Source: Candidatus Bathyarchaeia archaeon (GTDB lineage: Archaea; Thermoproteota; Bathyarchaeia; Bathyarchaeales; Bathycorpusculaceae). Taken from it: a stretch of 64,000 nt of DNA. This document shows, piece after piece, positions 40,175-50,299 of the stretch; the first letter of the stretch is position 1, and every line of letters starts with the position of its first letter. Both the position numbers and the translations under genes were made by a program. The notes below the pieces were generated by a model, which saw only the letters and a list, made by a program, of their open reading frames with translations, had not been told where the DNA came from and did not search any database. Location: the NCBI GenBank assembly GCA_038883715.1, contig JAVZLS010000003.1, positions 61,160 to 125,159 of the forward strand, written 5' to 3'.

Positions 40175-42241
40175 TTAGGCAATTAGCAGGAGAATCAGTG
40201 GAGCGAAGACTTCAGCTACTAGCGACATAACTGTAATCATTGTGTTGAGGGATGGCCCGGCAGTGTCTTTGAAGGGGTCTCCAACAGTGTCGCCGGTCAC
40301 AGCAGCCTTGTGGGCCTCTGAGCCTTTTCCGCCATGCGCCCCAGCCTCGATGTATTTTTTGGCGTTGTCCCAAAGCCCGCCAGAATTAGCCATAAACAAG
40401 GCGAAGATTATGCCAGTAACAATGCTTCCCGCCAAAAAGCCCGCCAAAGCCTCTTTTCCAAGCACAATCAGTGTTATGATGGGAACGATTATGGCTAGTA
40501 GGCATGGAAGCATAAGCTCTTTTATGGCGCCTTTTGTGGCAATATCCACACATCGGGCGTAGTCTGGTTTGGCTTTGCCCTCTATAAGCCCGGGGATCTC
40601 CTTAAACTGACGTCTAACCTCTTCAACCATTCTCTCGGCATTTCGCCCAACAGCTAAAATCAGCAACGCCGAAAGCAGCGGAGGCATCATGCCGCCCAAG
40701 AAAATGCCGGCGACAACTTCAGGTTTCATTAAGTCCAACGTGGTTATGTCAACCAGATGGGCATATGCCCCGAAGAGTGCCAACACCGTCAGCGCTGCGG
40801 CGCCAATGGCGAATCCCTTCGTTATAGCCTTTGTGGTGTTGCCTGCGGCGTCCAGTCTATCAGCAATTTCAATAACTTCTTCGCCTAAGCCTGACTGCTC
40901 AGCTATACCTTTCGCGTTATCAGAAACTGGTCCATATGCATCAGCAGATATGGTCATTCCAACAGTGGCAAGCATTCCAACAGCAGATATAGCAATTCCA
41001 TAAAAGGGGAAGGAGGGAATACTTTCTATGTATGCAAAGTACCAAGCAGCCAAAGTAGCAGCGCAAATACCGATTATTGGCGGAACTATGCTAACAACCC
41101 CATAAGAGAAGCCTGTGAGAATATTTATTGCAGCCCCTGTTGTGGAAGCTTGAGCCACTGTTTGTGCTGGCCCCCGATCGATGGATGTAAAGTAGTCCGA
41201 GGTTATTCCAATAACCACTCCAGCGGCTAACCCCGCAATAGTGGGCAGAAAAACTTTAAGCCAATTGTCACCCAAGCCGGAAAAGTACGTGACAAGAAAT
41301 AGGAAAACTGCGAAGATAATCCACGTTGTAAATGAACCGCGGTTTAGCGCCGCCCCCGGATTGCCTTTTATACTGAGTTTAACAACAAAAGCACCAATTA
41401 TCGAGGCAAAAAGCCCAACAGCAGCGATTATAAGCGGCAAAGCCACCAAAACTCCTAGATCAGGATAGCGAAGCGCTATTTCTGCACCGATTATCATGGC
41501 AGCCACTATACTGGCAATGTAAGAGTCTATCAGATCGGCGCCCATTCCAGCGACGTCGCCCACGTTATCCCCAACATTGTCAGCTATGACTGCTGGGTTC
41601 CGCGGATCATCCTCCGGAATCCCAAGCTCAACCTTCCCAACAAGATCCGCGCTAATATCAGCTGTTTTGGTGTATATCCCCCCGCCAGCCTTCGCAAAAA
41701 GCGCCAAAGCGCTAGCCCCAAAACTGAACCCTAAAACAATATTTGCAGCATCTTCAGCCCTCCAGCCTAAAACCACATTATACACATAAAAAAGTAAGCT
41801 GATACCTAACAATGCCAAACCAACAACAAATAAGCCCATAACTGCCCCGCCATAGAAAGCCACAGGAAACGCCTTCTTCAACCCATGTTTGGCGGCGTTT
41901 GCCGTTCGAACATTGGCCTCAACAGCAGCCATCATACCGATATAAGCTGCAACAGTTGTGCAAACTGAACCAAAAACATAAGCCACAGCGATGCTTCCAC
42001 CGTAGGCTAAACCTCCACGAATTGTGTAAAGCACTCCAAGAACTGCTGCCATTACAACAACAAAGATGGCCAATGTCATGTTCTGCCTTCTCAGATAGGC
42101 TTTTGCACCCTCCTTTATGGCGTTGGCAATCTCCCTCATCCTCTCAGTGCCACTATCCTGGCTTGTAACGTATTTGTATAGGTAGCTGGCCAAACCAACA
42201 GCCGCCAAGCCGGCAATAGGAGTAATATAGAACCACTCCAT
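40175..42241 (-). CDS. hppA: Membrane-bound ion-translocating pyrophosphatase
   Basis: [48 protein letters not shown]. Confidence 0.96.
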   Translation of the reverse strand: MEWFYITPIAGLAAVGLASYLYKYVTSQDSGTERMREIANAIKEGAKAYLRRQNMTLAIFVVVMAAVLGVLYTIRGGLAYGGSIAVAYVFGSVCTTVAAYIGMMAAVEANVRTANAAKHGLKKAFPVAFYGGAVMGLFVVGLALLGISLLFYVYNVVLGWRAEDAANIVLGFSFGASALALFAKAGGGIYTKTADISADLVGKVELGIPEDDPRNPAVIADNVGDNVGDVAGMGADLIDSYIASIVAAMIIGAEIALRYPDLGVLVALPLIIAAVGLFASIIGAFVVKLSIKGNPGAALNRGSFTTWIIFAVFLFLVTYFSGLGDNWLKVFLPTIAGLAAGVVIGITSDYFTSIDRGPAQTVAQASTTGAAINILTGFSYGVVSIVPPIIGICAATLAAWYFAYIESIPSFPFYGIAISAVGMLATVGMTISADAYGPVSDNAKGIAEQSGLGEEVIEIADRLDAAGNTTKAITKGFAIGAAALTVLALFGAYAHLVDITTLDLMKPEVVAGIFLGGMMPPLLSALLILAVGRNAERMVEEVRRQFKEIPGLIEGKAKPDYARCVDIATKGAIKELMLPCLLAIIVPIITLIVLGKEALAGFLAGSIVTGIIFALFMANSGGLWDNAKKYIEAGAHGGKGSEAHKAAVTGDTVGDPFKDTAGPSLNTMITVMSLVAEVFAPLILLLIA

Positions 42242-42378
42242 ACGCTAAACCACCATCGGCCACTGCTTTTTACAAACCGTCTGAAATGAAAACCCAAGCT
42301 TATAAATTTACTGCAAAACCTAGAGAGCTAGCGTATTTGTAAAACAAAGACAAGCGCAAATATGACTTGCCAGCAAAT

Positions 42379-42500
42379 TGGCGCCGGGGAGGGGATTCGA
42401 ACCCCTGCGAGCCCGAAGGCCCACTGGCTTCCTTGTCAAAGCCCTCTAAGCGTTTAGATGGATCTCGAGGCCAGCGCGTTAACCACTCCGCCACCCCGGC
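42379..42500 (-). tRNA. tRNA-Ser(CGA) with a 34-nt intron at 37/38 (42430-42463) and encoded CCA
   Basis: Reverse complement GCCGGGG...CTGGC CT CGA G[intron]A GCCAG, long variable arm, GTTCGAATC, CCCCGGCGCCA. Confidence 0.93.
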
Positions 42501-42535
42501 CCTCACAAGTTAAAAGGAATTAGGTTCTAAAAGGG

Positions 42536-43339
42536 TTATGCCTTCATAAGCGATGGGAAAAGCCACTTTTTACCTTTAGCTTTCTTCTTTTCATCCCATT
42601 CGTTTAAGATTTTCACTGCTTCGTTGGCCACTTTTATGGCGTTTTCCTCGCCCTCTCCTGGTTTAAAATCGCCAGTGCACCTATTAGCGTAGATGGCGCA
42701 GACCGCCCCAGCCCTTAAGCCATAGAGGTTTGCAAGCGTATAGAGCGCCGCTGTTTCCATCTCAAAATTGAGCACACCGGCCTCTCGCAAGACTTGAAGA
42801 ATGTTGGCTGCTTTAGTTTTGGTTGGGCGGTTCTGGCCGGCATAAAAGTCTGATGTTGTGGCTGTTACGCCTACATGGTAATTGTTTATGCCCAGGCTTT
42901 CAGCCGCCTCAATCAAAGCCAACAAAACCTCATAGCTGGCTGTGGCGGGATATTCCGGCATAATGTAGCAGTTGCTCGTCCCATCAAGGCGAACAGCAGC
43001 CAACGAAATAACAAGGTCCCCGCATTCTATGTCCCTTTGAATTGCTCCGGAACTCCCCACACGTATAAAAGTGTGGACACCTATGGCCGACGCCTCATTA
43101 ACAACTATCGCCATGCACGCCGGGCCAATACCACTTGAAATCGCCGATATTTGGACACCTTTATATGTGCCTGTGAAGCTTCGGAACTCCCGATGGCAAG
43201 AGATTTCTCTGGCTGAATCCCAGAATTTTGCAATTTTTGGAACACGGTCCGGATCCCCCGGAACCAGCAGATACTCCGCCAAATCGCCTTTTCCACATGC
43301 TATGTGGTATTGTTTGCTGCTTTCCAGTGTGTGATGCAA
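42536..43339 (-). CDS. udp: Uridine phosphorylase
   Basis: QYHI, PGDPDRV, HREF, RVGSSG, NFEMET; GGTGA before TTG 43339. Confidence 0.9.
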   Translation of the reverse strand: MHHTLESSKQYHIACGKGDLAEYLLVPGDPDRVPKIAKFWDSAREISCHREFRSFTGTYKGVQISAISSGIGPACMAIVVNEASAIGVHTFIRVGSSGAIQRDIECGDLVISLAAVRLDGTSNCYIMPEYPATASYEVLLALIEAAESLGINNYHVGVTATTSDFYAGQNRPTKTKAANILQVLREAGVLNFEMETAALYTLANLYGLRAGAVCAIYANRCTGDFKPGEGEENAIKVANEAVKILNEWDEKKKAKGKKWLFPSLMKA

Positions 43340-43349
43340 GCTTTCACCT

Positions 43350-44339
43350 CTAGGTCGGCAGTTTCTTCGGCATAGCCAAGTCCGCAATGTCAACACTGTG
43401 CTCATATATTTGGTGTAGGGTTGAAACCGCGGCTAGTAGGTGGGGCATCACTTCAAGGCTTTGTCCTTTAGCACTTTTCTCGATGGCTGCTAAGGCTTTT
43501 TCCACCTTCTCCCTCATGGTTCGCACATCTTCCGCCAAGCCAGTATCACCGGTAAAGAAAGCTTTTAAGGCGTTTTCGTGAGCCTCAAAGCAAAGGGAAT
43601 GAAACTCAACAATAAGCTTCTTCAAATCCTCATTTAACTTAGCTCCCTTTAATTCTGACACTTTAAGGGCTGTGCGTACGCATTCGTCCCCGATGGTTTC
43701 CACAAGACTCGCGGCTAAACGGTAGTCGAGGCATTCTATTGGTTGCACCCCAAGCTTTTCACTTAGGCTAGGATTTTGAATAATGGTTCGGAGAATCCTT
43801 ACGAGGAGAAAGTAAAGCCTATTGACTTCCTCGTCACGGGCGATCACACTTTTTGCCATGTGCACATCGCCATCAACAAGGGCGTTTACAACATCCCTAT
43901 GCATGCCTACAACTATCGAGTAGCCCCTCCGAAGAATCTTCTCAGGCGGAAAACTGGAAGGCTCAAGCAAGCACTGCAAAACAATTTTTGAATAGTCTTC
44001 CTCAATTATCTCGAGGCCCACTAGGCGGCTAGCCGCTTTCTTAACGTTTTCCCGAACTTCAATGCTTATTGCCTCTTTCCCTTCCACACGGATAATGTCG
44101 TATCCAAGCAAATATTTTCCAACGATTTCACGGCTTAAATATGGTCCAGGCTTTAAAATTATAGTGCGGGTGGAGGGAGTCGCCCCATATTCCGGATCTA
44201 TAAGAAGTTTACCGTCGCTGGTCTCCTTTACCGCCACAACAGATCCACGTTTCAGTCCATAACGTTCAGCCCAATCTTTTGGTATGCAAACGAAGAAGGT
44301 GCCGCTTGGCGTTCTCTGAATCTTGCGAACTGTTCCCAA
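43350..44339 (-). CDS. AbrB-PhoU phosphate uptake regulator
   Basis: RKIQRTPSGTFFVCIPKDWA AbrB domain, RDEEVNRLYFL PhoU repeats. Confidence 0.9.
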   Translation of the reverse strand: MGTVRKIQRTPSGTFFVCIPKDWAERYGLKRGSVVAVKETSDGKLLIDPEYGATPSTRTIILKPGPYLSREIVGKYLLGYDIIRVEGKEAISIEVRENVKKAASRLVGLEIIEEDYSKIVLQCLLEPSSFPPEKILRRGYSIVVGMHRDVVNALVDGDVHMAKSVIARDEEVNRLYFLLVRILRTIIQNPSLSEKLGVQPIECLDYRLAASLVETIGDECVRTALKVSELKGAKLNEDLKKLIVEFHSLCFEAHENALKAFFTGDTGLAEDVRTMREKVEKALAAIEKSAKGQSLEVMPHLLAAVSTLHQIYEHSVDIADLAMPKKLPT

Positions 44340-44425
44340 TTCACATCACACCATAATGATGTATGGATTCCACAGCGAGTATTAACAGATTTAAACAAAA
44401 CTTCAATATATAAACTTAAGCGTAA

Positions 44426-45022
44426 GTGTTGAAATTGGAAAAGAAAGTTATAATTGGTATAGACTTGGCAAGTAAAGAGGAAAACCCTACAGGTTTAGCG
44501 ATCTGGCGAAACAAAAGCGTGGAAACATGCTTAATTTACACGGATAAGGAAATTTTGGAAAACGTTGCACGTGCAAACCCAAAAATTGTGGCAATAGATG
44601 CGCCCCTGAAACTCCCAAAAAGTGGGATTTTTAGAAAAGCAGACAAAGAGCTAATTAAAAAAGGTTACCGCGTTTTTCCACCGGGCCTGCCAGCTATGAA
44701 AACGTTAACCCTTCGGGCAATTAGGCTAAATAGGTTAATAATAGAGATGGATGTACAAACAATAGAAGTGCACCCAACCTCGACAAGAAAGGCTCTAGGC
44801 ATGCCAGCAAAAGACTGGAAAACAATACAAAACATTCTAAACAGCATTGGCTTATTTGTGTCCCCAAGCCAGCGCGCATTGACGCTGCATGAGATAGACG
44901 CCGTGACAGCTGCCCTAACTGGTTATCTCCACCTGGAGGGCTTAACAGAAAGTGTGGGTGACCACGAGGAAGGCTTCATCGTGATTCCGATAAAACGAGA
45001 TTGGAGAGAAATAAGACTATGA
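44426..45022 (+). CDS. DUF429 (RNase H-like) protein
   Basis: IGIDLA, AIDAPL, IEVHP, DAVTAA. Confidence 0.85.
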   Translation: MLKLEKKVIIGIDLASKEENPTGLAIWRNKSVETCLIYTDKEILENVARANPKIVAIDAPLKLPKSGIFRKADKELIKKGYRVFPPGLPAMKTLTLRAIRLNRLIIEMDVQTIEVHPTSTRKALGMPAKDWKTIQNILNSIGLFVSPSQRALTLHEIDAVTAALTGYLHLEGLTESVGDHEEGFIVIPIKRDWREIRL

Positions 45023-46602
45023 GCTTTTCTGAGAAGCTTCAAAAGGCTGTCGAGCTTACTATAGCAGCGGGATACCAGCTTAACAAAGAGGCCTTTGAAT
45101 TCTTAAACGAGGCGTCCGCAACTGAAGACCCCGTAGAAATTGTAAGCAAGGCATTGGCCAAAATAGAAACATTAAAGGATAAACCCCTTTTCATTGAAAG
45201 AAGCCTTCTAGAAGAGCTTGTAAAAAAGCCTGAACGCGTTGAAACTCCTCCTTTAGCACCGCAGACAAAGGAAGAGGCGTTTCCACAAGCAATCCTTCAA
45301 GAAACACACGTGCAGTCGCAATTAGTCCTTGAGGGGAGGAGACTTTTCCATCCATACGCCAAAGAGGTAGAAGCTGAAATTAAGATTATTGAGGACGCTG
45401 GCAGTAAACTAAGCTCAAGCGGAACATTAGAAGATTACCTTGAATATTTCCGAGACAGGTTTAACCGAATCGAAAAACTGCTAAAGCAAAGGATAGACGT
45501 AAGAGGCGCGGTTTCAATTGCCGACGCAGTAAGAGCCTCACCTAACACAAAACTCAAAGTAATTGGCATGATAACAGAGAAAAGGGAAGCCAAACAAAAA
45601 ATTCTTTTAACGTTAGAAGATCTCAGCGCAAGCGCCACTATTCTGGTGCCACAAAACGCTCCTCCCGACCTTTTGACCAAAGCAAGGGCACTCTTGTTGG
45701 ACCAAGTTATTTGTGTTAGCGTAACTAAGACACGAGGAAACTTGTTAATAGCTGAAGACATCATCCTCCCAGATATCGCCCCTAAAAATCCGAATAGGGC
45801 TGATGTTCCTGTTTACGCCGTGCTCACTTCAGATTTGCATGTGGGCAGTGCAAAATTCCAAGATCACCTTTTTAACAGGTTTGTTTTGTGGCTAAAAGGG
45901 GAATATGGAAATGGGCAAATGCGGGAAATGGCTAGCCATGTAAAATATGTTTTGATAGCCGGCGACATCGTTGACGGTATAGGCGTGTACCCAAATCAAG
46001 TTAAGGAACTTGCAATAAGAGACATTTATGGGCAATACAGGTTGGCCTCAAAGCTTATTAAGCAAATTCCGGATTACATTGAAATCACAATTATTCCGGG
46101 AAACCATGACGCCCCAAGAAAGGCCTTACCTCAACCGTCAATACCCGACGCCTTTTTAGAGAAGCTTCATGATGTAAGCAACATCCACCTTGTTGGAAAC
46201 CCATGCCTTCTTAGCCTCCACGGTGTTGAGGTTCTCATGTACCATGGTCGAAGCCTCGACGACATAATCTCAACAGTCCCAGGGATAAATTACACTCAAC
46301 CGGAAAAAGCCATGACCCTACTTTTGCAGTGTCGCCACTTGGCACCAGTTTATGGAGGAAAAACCCCCATCGCACCTGAAAGCAAAGACCGTCTTGTCAT
46401 AGAACGGGTACCCGACATTTTCCACGCTGGGCATATTCACACGGTCGGCCATACAAATTACAGAGGTGTCACCGTCGTTAACTCTGGGTGCTGGCAGGAG
46501 CAGACCGAATACATGCGAAGGCAAGGATTCACTCCAATGCCGGGCCTAGTGCCAGTGGTAAACCTTCAAACATTGGATGTAAAAATTATTTCATTTGTCT
46601 AA
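45019..46602 (+). CDS. polB: DNA polymerase D small (exonuclease) subunit DP1
   Basis: SDLHVGS, AGDIVDGIGVYP, PGNHD, HGRSLDD, RHLAP, GHIH. Confidence 0.96.
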   Translation: MSFSEKLQKAVELTIAAGYQLNKEAFEFLNEASATEDPVEIVSKALAKIETLKDKPLFIERSLLEELVKKPERVETPPLAPQTKEEAFPQAILQETHVQSQLVLEGRRLFHPYAKEVEAEIKIIEDAGSKLSSSGTLEDYLEYFRDRFNRIEKLLKQRIDVRGAVSIADAVRASPNTKLKVIGMITEKREAKQKILLTLEDLSASATILVPQNAPPDLLTKARALLLDQVICVSVTKTRGNLLIAEDIILPDIAPKNPNRADVPVYAVLTSDLHVGSAKFQDHLFNRFVLWLKGEYGNGQMREMASHVKYVLIAGDIVDGIGVYPNQVKELAIRDIYGQYRLASKLIKQIPDYIEITIIPGNHDAPRKALPQPSIPDAFLEKLHDVSNIHLVGNPCLLSLHGVEVLMYHGRSLDDIISTVPGINYTQPEKAMTLLLQCRHLAPVYGGKTPIAPESKDRLVIERVPDIFHAGHIHTVGHTNYRGVTVVNSGCWQEQTEYMRRQGFTPMPGLVPVVNLQTLDVKIISFV

Positions 46603-47162
46603 GACAAACCACGAGCAATTAGTCTAGCAACGCGAAGCGGTTCCGGCACACGGCCACAAACAATAAAACTTGTTATAAACTGGCTGGTCCACTCCGCATT
46701 TGCCCCAACAACCTCAAAATATAATGGAGCCTCTTTATCAAACACCTTAACTTTATGAATTGGCCCCAATTTTGCAAAAACTTCCCAGCGTCTTTTCCAG
46801 TCTTCGAAATGTCGCATAAGTGCCCTTTTAACAGCCCTATTATCAGGCTTTGCCCTTGCCACAATGACTATTGGTTTATGAAAGGCGCCAGAAAGAGCCA
46901 AAGGGTCTATAACGTTGAAGCCGGCAAAGGACACCCCAGCAAGCATGACCGCCTCAAAATCCCAACGCTTCAAGATTTCTGCAGCTTTTTCTGTCGCATC
47001 TAATCCATCAACAGTTATCCACTTGAAAGCTACATCCTCAATCCTTAACCCCTTGAAAAGGACAGCGACCAAAAGAGCCTTTTTATCAACGCCTTTTACA
47101 AAGCTTCCATCTTCAATTCCTACTACTCGCATTCTTTGAAAGGCATTTGGGCTCATAATCAA
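46599..47162 (-). CDS. DUF99 (endonuclease V-like) protein
   Basis: GIEDG, VDGLDAT, FAGFNVID, PEPLRVARLIA; may start at ATG 47132. Confidence 0.88.
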   Translation of the reverse strand: MIMSPNAFQRMRVVGIEDGSFVKGVDKKALLVAVLFKGLRIEDVAFKWITVDGLDATEKAAEILKRWDFEAVMLAGVSFAGFNVIDPLALSGAFHKPIVIVARAKPDNRAVKRALMRHFEDWKRRWEVFAKLGPIHKVKVFDKEAPLYFEVVGANAEWTSQFITSFIVCGRVPEPLRVARLIARGLS

Positions 47163-48372
47163 TCAAGCGTCCAAGCCTACTGTCATTAGAGAAGGCTTCT
47201 TTAATAAGGGTGCGCGTCACTTCCATGCGGATCTTTTTCGTCCGTCCATAGCGCCCCATGCTTACAACTTGAGCGTTCAGCAAACCCAAAGCATCAAGCT
47301 CGTTGACCAAAGTGCTAACACGCCTTTGAGTTAAAGGTGTTACAGCCAGCTCACTGCAAAGCTCATTATATATTTCATATATCTCACCCGTAACCGCACG
47401 GTAACCATTAGCCCTAACAAGGTGATAGACGCTCAACATCACAAGCTTAGAGTGCAAGGTTAAATTTGCCAAGGCGTCAACAACCCTATTATGCTCTATA
47501 AGCCTTTCAGCCTCACGGACATGTTCCTCAGTGACGACGCCTGCACCCTTACGTTCTGCAACCTCGCCTGCCACTCTGAGCAAATCCAAAGCCCTCCGCG
47601 CATCACCATGCTCAGCAGCCGCCAAAGCCGCACAAAGGCTCAAGGCTCCCTCGCTAAGGGCTCCCTCTCTGAAGGCCATCTGCGCCCGCTCAGCCAAAAT
47701 ATTCCGCAGTTCAGCCGCATTATAGGGCCTAAAGACAATTTCCTCCTCACTTAGAGAGCTTAAAACTCGGGGATCTAAGAACTCCTTTAGACGTAAATCA
47801 TTGGAAATGCCAATTATGGAGACTTTACTGCGCTTTAATGTTTCGTTAATCCTTGTAAGTTCATATAAGAGAATGTCGCCCCGCGCCTTTACTAGAGCGT
47901 CTACCTCGTCAAGGGCAACGATCAGTATTTTTTTAGCTACATCTAAGCCTTGCTTAAATCGGTCAAAGACCTCGCCAAGAGACAGCCCGGTGAACGGAAC
48001 CACGAGGTTAATACTCTGACATAAGCTCGCAAGAACTCTATACTCGGTTCCAGCTAAGCGGCAATTCACATAGCAAAAACTTACAGGCGCGCCGATTTCC
48101 TTAGCCTTAGCCTCCAAGCGATTTAAAACATACTTAGTCACCGCCGTCTTACCAGTCCCCGTCTTTCCATAAACAAAAATGTTAGAACATCGCGCGCCCT
48201 TCAAAACTGGTGCAATTGCCTCCCCGAGACGTCGGATTTGTTCTTCACGATGCGGAAGCCTTTCGGGTAAATAATCATGCCGTAGAACCTCCCGGTCCTT
48301 AAACACGCCAACGGTATTGCAGAACCTTTCAAACACCTCGTCAAGTATACCTGCATCATTCATTAGCCACAC
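47113..48372 (-). CDS. cdc6: Orc1/Cdc6 replication initiator
   Basis: LPHREEQI, GKTGTGKT, LDEVD, HGDARRALDLL, GRYGRT wing. Confidence 0.97.
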   Translation of the reverse strand: MWLMNDAGILDEVFERFCNTVGVFKDREVLRHDYLPERLPHREEQIRRLGEAIAPVLKGARCSNIFVYGKTGTGKTAVTKYVLNRLEAKAKEIGAPVSFCYVNCRLAGTEYRVLASLCQSINLVVPFTGLSLGEVFDRFKQGLDVAKKILIVALDEVDALVKARGDILLYELTRINETLKRSKVSIIGISNDLRLKEFLDPRVLSSLSEEEIVFRPYNAAELRNILAERAQMAFREGALSEGALSLCAALAAAEHGDARRALDLLRVAGEVAERKGAGVVTEEHVREAERLIEHNRVVDALANLTLHSKLVMLSVYHLVRANGYRAVTGEIYEIYNELCSELAVTPLTQRRVSTLVNELDALGLLNAQVVSMGRYGRTKKIRMEVTRTLIKEAFSNDSRLGRLIDYEPKCLSKNASSRN

Positions 48373-48511
48373 CTTCCTCCTAAATGAAACTCTTAACGCA
48401 AGCGTTCGCCCTTTTCTTCCGCCAATTTAAGATAAGGCATGCCATACAGAAAAGTGAACAAGCAACAGAAAAATCCTAAAATGGCAAAGGTTTTATTGTT
48501 GGGAAAAGGGA

Positions 48512-48536
48512 GACACCCCATCACTTCAACTGGAAA
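48512..48536 (-). repeat. ORB element 1
   Basis: Reverse complement TTTCCAGTTGAAGTGATGGGGTGTC. Confidence 0.85.
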
Positions 48537-48702
48537 ACTCTAAAAGCTGTTACTTAATATTCTTGTTTCCTTCGTAGAGAGGAAAATACTCTGAAAGGTT
48601 AAAGATTAAGGAAGGTAAAAAGGATTCTCCTAGAAGTTTTTATACCTAAACTAAAAATGTTTCACTTTAATACTGGATTAGAAATCTACTGCTTGCCAAT
48701 CT

Positions 48703-48724
48703 CTCCAGTGGAAAATATGGGGTA
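48703..48724 (+). repeat. ORB element 2
   Basis: CTCCAGTGGAAAATATGGGGTA. Confidence 0.85.
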
Positions 48725-48920
48725 GCACTTCGCCATCTTTTAAGTAGAGTTCAAAAAGGGTGCAAGTTTCGTTATGGTTTACGGGATGCATTTGCCATAT
48801 TATGGTGCAGGTAAACGAGTTCACTTTTGTGAAAACCTTGTGAAGTTTACTCATTTTTGGCGTTTTTATCCGAGCTATTCCCGTGACGTTGCTATTTCTG
48901 TGTCTTTTCTCTGTGAAAAA

Positions 48921-48945
48921 GACACCCCATCATTTCTACTGGAAA
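48921..48945 (-). repeat. ORB element 3
   Basis: Reverse complement TTTCCAGTAGAAATGATGGGGTGTC. Confidence 0.87.
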
Positions 48946-49144
48946 GCTGCAAGCATAATTTAACGATTTCTTCATTTGCAAAATGGGTTTCGCTGTAAAC
49001 TCTGTTAATAAAAATCTTTGGAAATAAGGCTCTTCACGCTGTTTTCAGTTCAAAATTTGCTCTTTATTTTTCTTCTTTTCACCGCAATAGCTATATCTTG
49101 TGAAGTGCAAACTTGTGAAAAGAATTTGCGGGTGCCCGACAACA

Positions 49145-49579
49145 GTGCCAGCGAGAAAGATGCGAATAGAAGTGTTCGACAGTGAAGGTAATAAGTACAG
49201 CATAGCCTTTGAAGGACAAATCACGCGAGACAAAGCCCTCCGCCTATTAGATCTGGTAGAATTGCTTGGAGGAGTTACATCGAGCGGCACTAATCCTAGC
49301 GTTAGCGCTGTCAACATTGAGAAGTCAAAATACGATAAGTTGCTAGCTGTCCTCCAAAAGAACTTTCCCATAGTTTGGTTCTCATCAAAGGAAGTTCAGA
49401 CAGCCTACGAACAAGAGTTTAAAGAACCCATCAGCTTAAGCACCGTGGCCACGTATCTTTCAAGAATGGCTAATAAAGGATTGCTCATAAAGGCTGGCGC
49501 CTCTAACCGCCTTAAATATAGAATTGCGCCTGGCCCTCCACAAGTTATAGTGAAGCATCACCTACCAAGCGAGGGTTAA
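49145..49579 (+). CDS. Origin-adjacent hypothetical protein with C-terminal winged helix
   Basis: FSSKEVQTAYEQEFKEPISLSTVATYLSRMANKGLLIK...KYRI; GTG start inferred. Confidence 0.8.
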   Translation: MPARKMRIEVFDSEGNKYSIAFEGQITRDKALRLLDLVELLGGVTSSGTNPSVSAVNIEKSKYDKLLAVLQKNFPIVWFSSKEVQTAYEQEFKEPISLSTVATYLSRMANKGLLIKAGASNRLKYRIAPGPPQVIVKHHLPSEG

Positions 49580-49585
49580 TGCTTC

Positions 49586-50299
49586 TTAAGTGGCCTCCGT
49601 TTCAGCTCTTTTCAAAAATTTCTCCATTTCCTTCTTCACACTGTATTTGAAGGGGATTTTACTCGAGTCCCTTTCTAAATAACCTTCCTCGTAGAGCCTC
49701 TTCATAAGCCTAGCTGTGTGCTCCCTGCTAAGCCTAATCCTCTCCTTAATTTCCGGGGCTGTTTTTGGGCCCTCAGCGGCCAACATCTCCAACACAGCAA
49801 GCTCCGTTTCAGTTAATTTGGCTAATGCCTTCTCCCTCTTTATTGGTATGGCCGCCTCAACTCCGATTTCAGGAAGCGTTGACATTGTTTGGGTTCTCTC
49901 TTCAATCATTGAAACTTTAGCGAGAACCTCTTTATGTTCTTCAGTGATGTCACGAGTCTGCTTCTCTATAGCGCTTAGCCGGGTTAGCATTTTCTCCCTA
50001 TCCTCAAGCAACTCCTTTGTCTTGCCTTCCAGAAGCTTTAGTCGATTCTCCAGGTCTTTAACGGCCTTTAATGCATCGCCGCCCTTGGCAGAAGCAGCTT
50101 CAACTTTGTAAGAAATTATTTGCAAGTCGTCTGTTGCACGCTTAAGTTCCCTACTAAAACTCAAGATTAGGTCATTAAATGCTTCTTTAGCTTTCTCGTA
50201 CTCTTTCTTCACTCTAACAAGGTTCCTGTAATATTCTATAGCAGCACCAGTAGCCACTGCCAGAAAAGCGCTCGAGATAATAATTAAAAGATCAAACAT
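49586..50299 (-). CDS. Membrane-anchor, coiled-coil, winged-helix (MarR/TrmB-like) protein
   Basis: N-terminal hydrophobic helix, long heptad-like region, LTETELAVLEML...TAPEIKERIRLSREHTARLMKRLYEEGYLER; GGAGG before ATG 50299. Confidence 0.85.
   Translation of the reverse strand: MFDLLIIISSAFLAVATGAAIEYYRNLVRVKKEYEKAKEAFNDLILSFSRELKRATDDLQIISYKVEAASAKGGDALKAVKDLENRLKLLEGKTKELLEDREKMLTRLSAIEKQTRDITEEHKEVLAKVSMIEERTQTMSTLPEIGVEAAIPIKREKALAKLTETELAVLEMLAAEGPKTAPEIKERIRLSREHTARLMKRLYEEGYLERDSSKIPFKYSVKKEMEKFLKRAETEAT

Larger units (their letters stand above)
48373..49144. other. Replication origin (oriC) intergenic region
   Basis: About 770-bp AT-rich gap upstream of cdc6 containing three ORB boxes. 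Confidence 0.88.

Noticed and set aside
37391-41789. Numerous 60-105 aa ORFs antisense to or overlapping the P-type ATPase and hppA
   Set aside because: They are shadow ORFs of well-conserved genes.
42300-42506. 68-aa ORF
   Set aside because: It overlaps tRNA-Ser and is spurious.
48774-48998. 74-aa ORF
   Set aside because: It lies within oriC over ORB3 and has no protein-like features.
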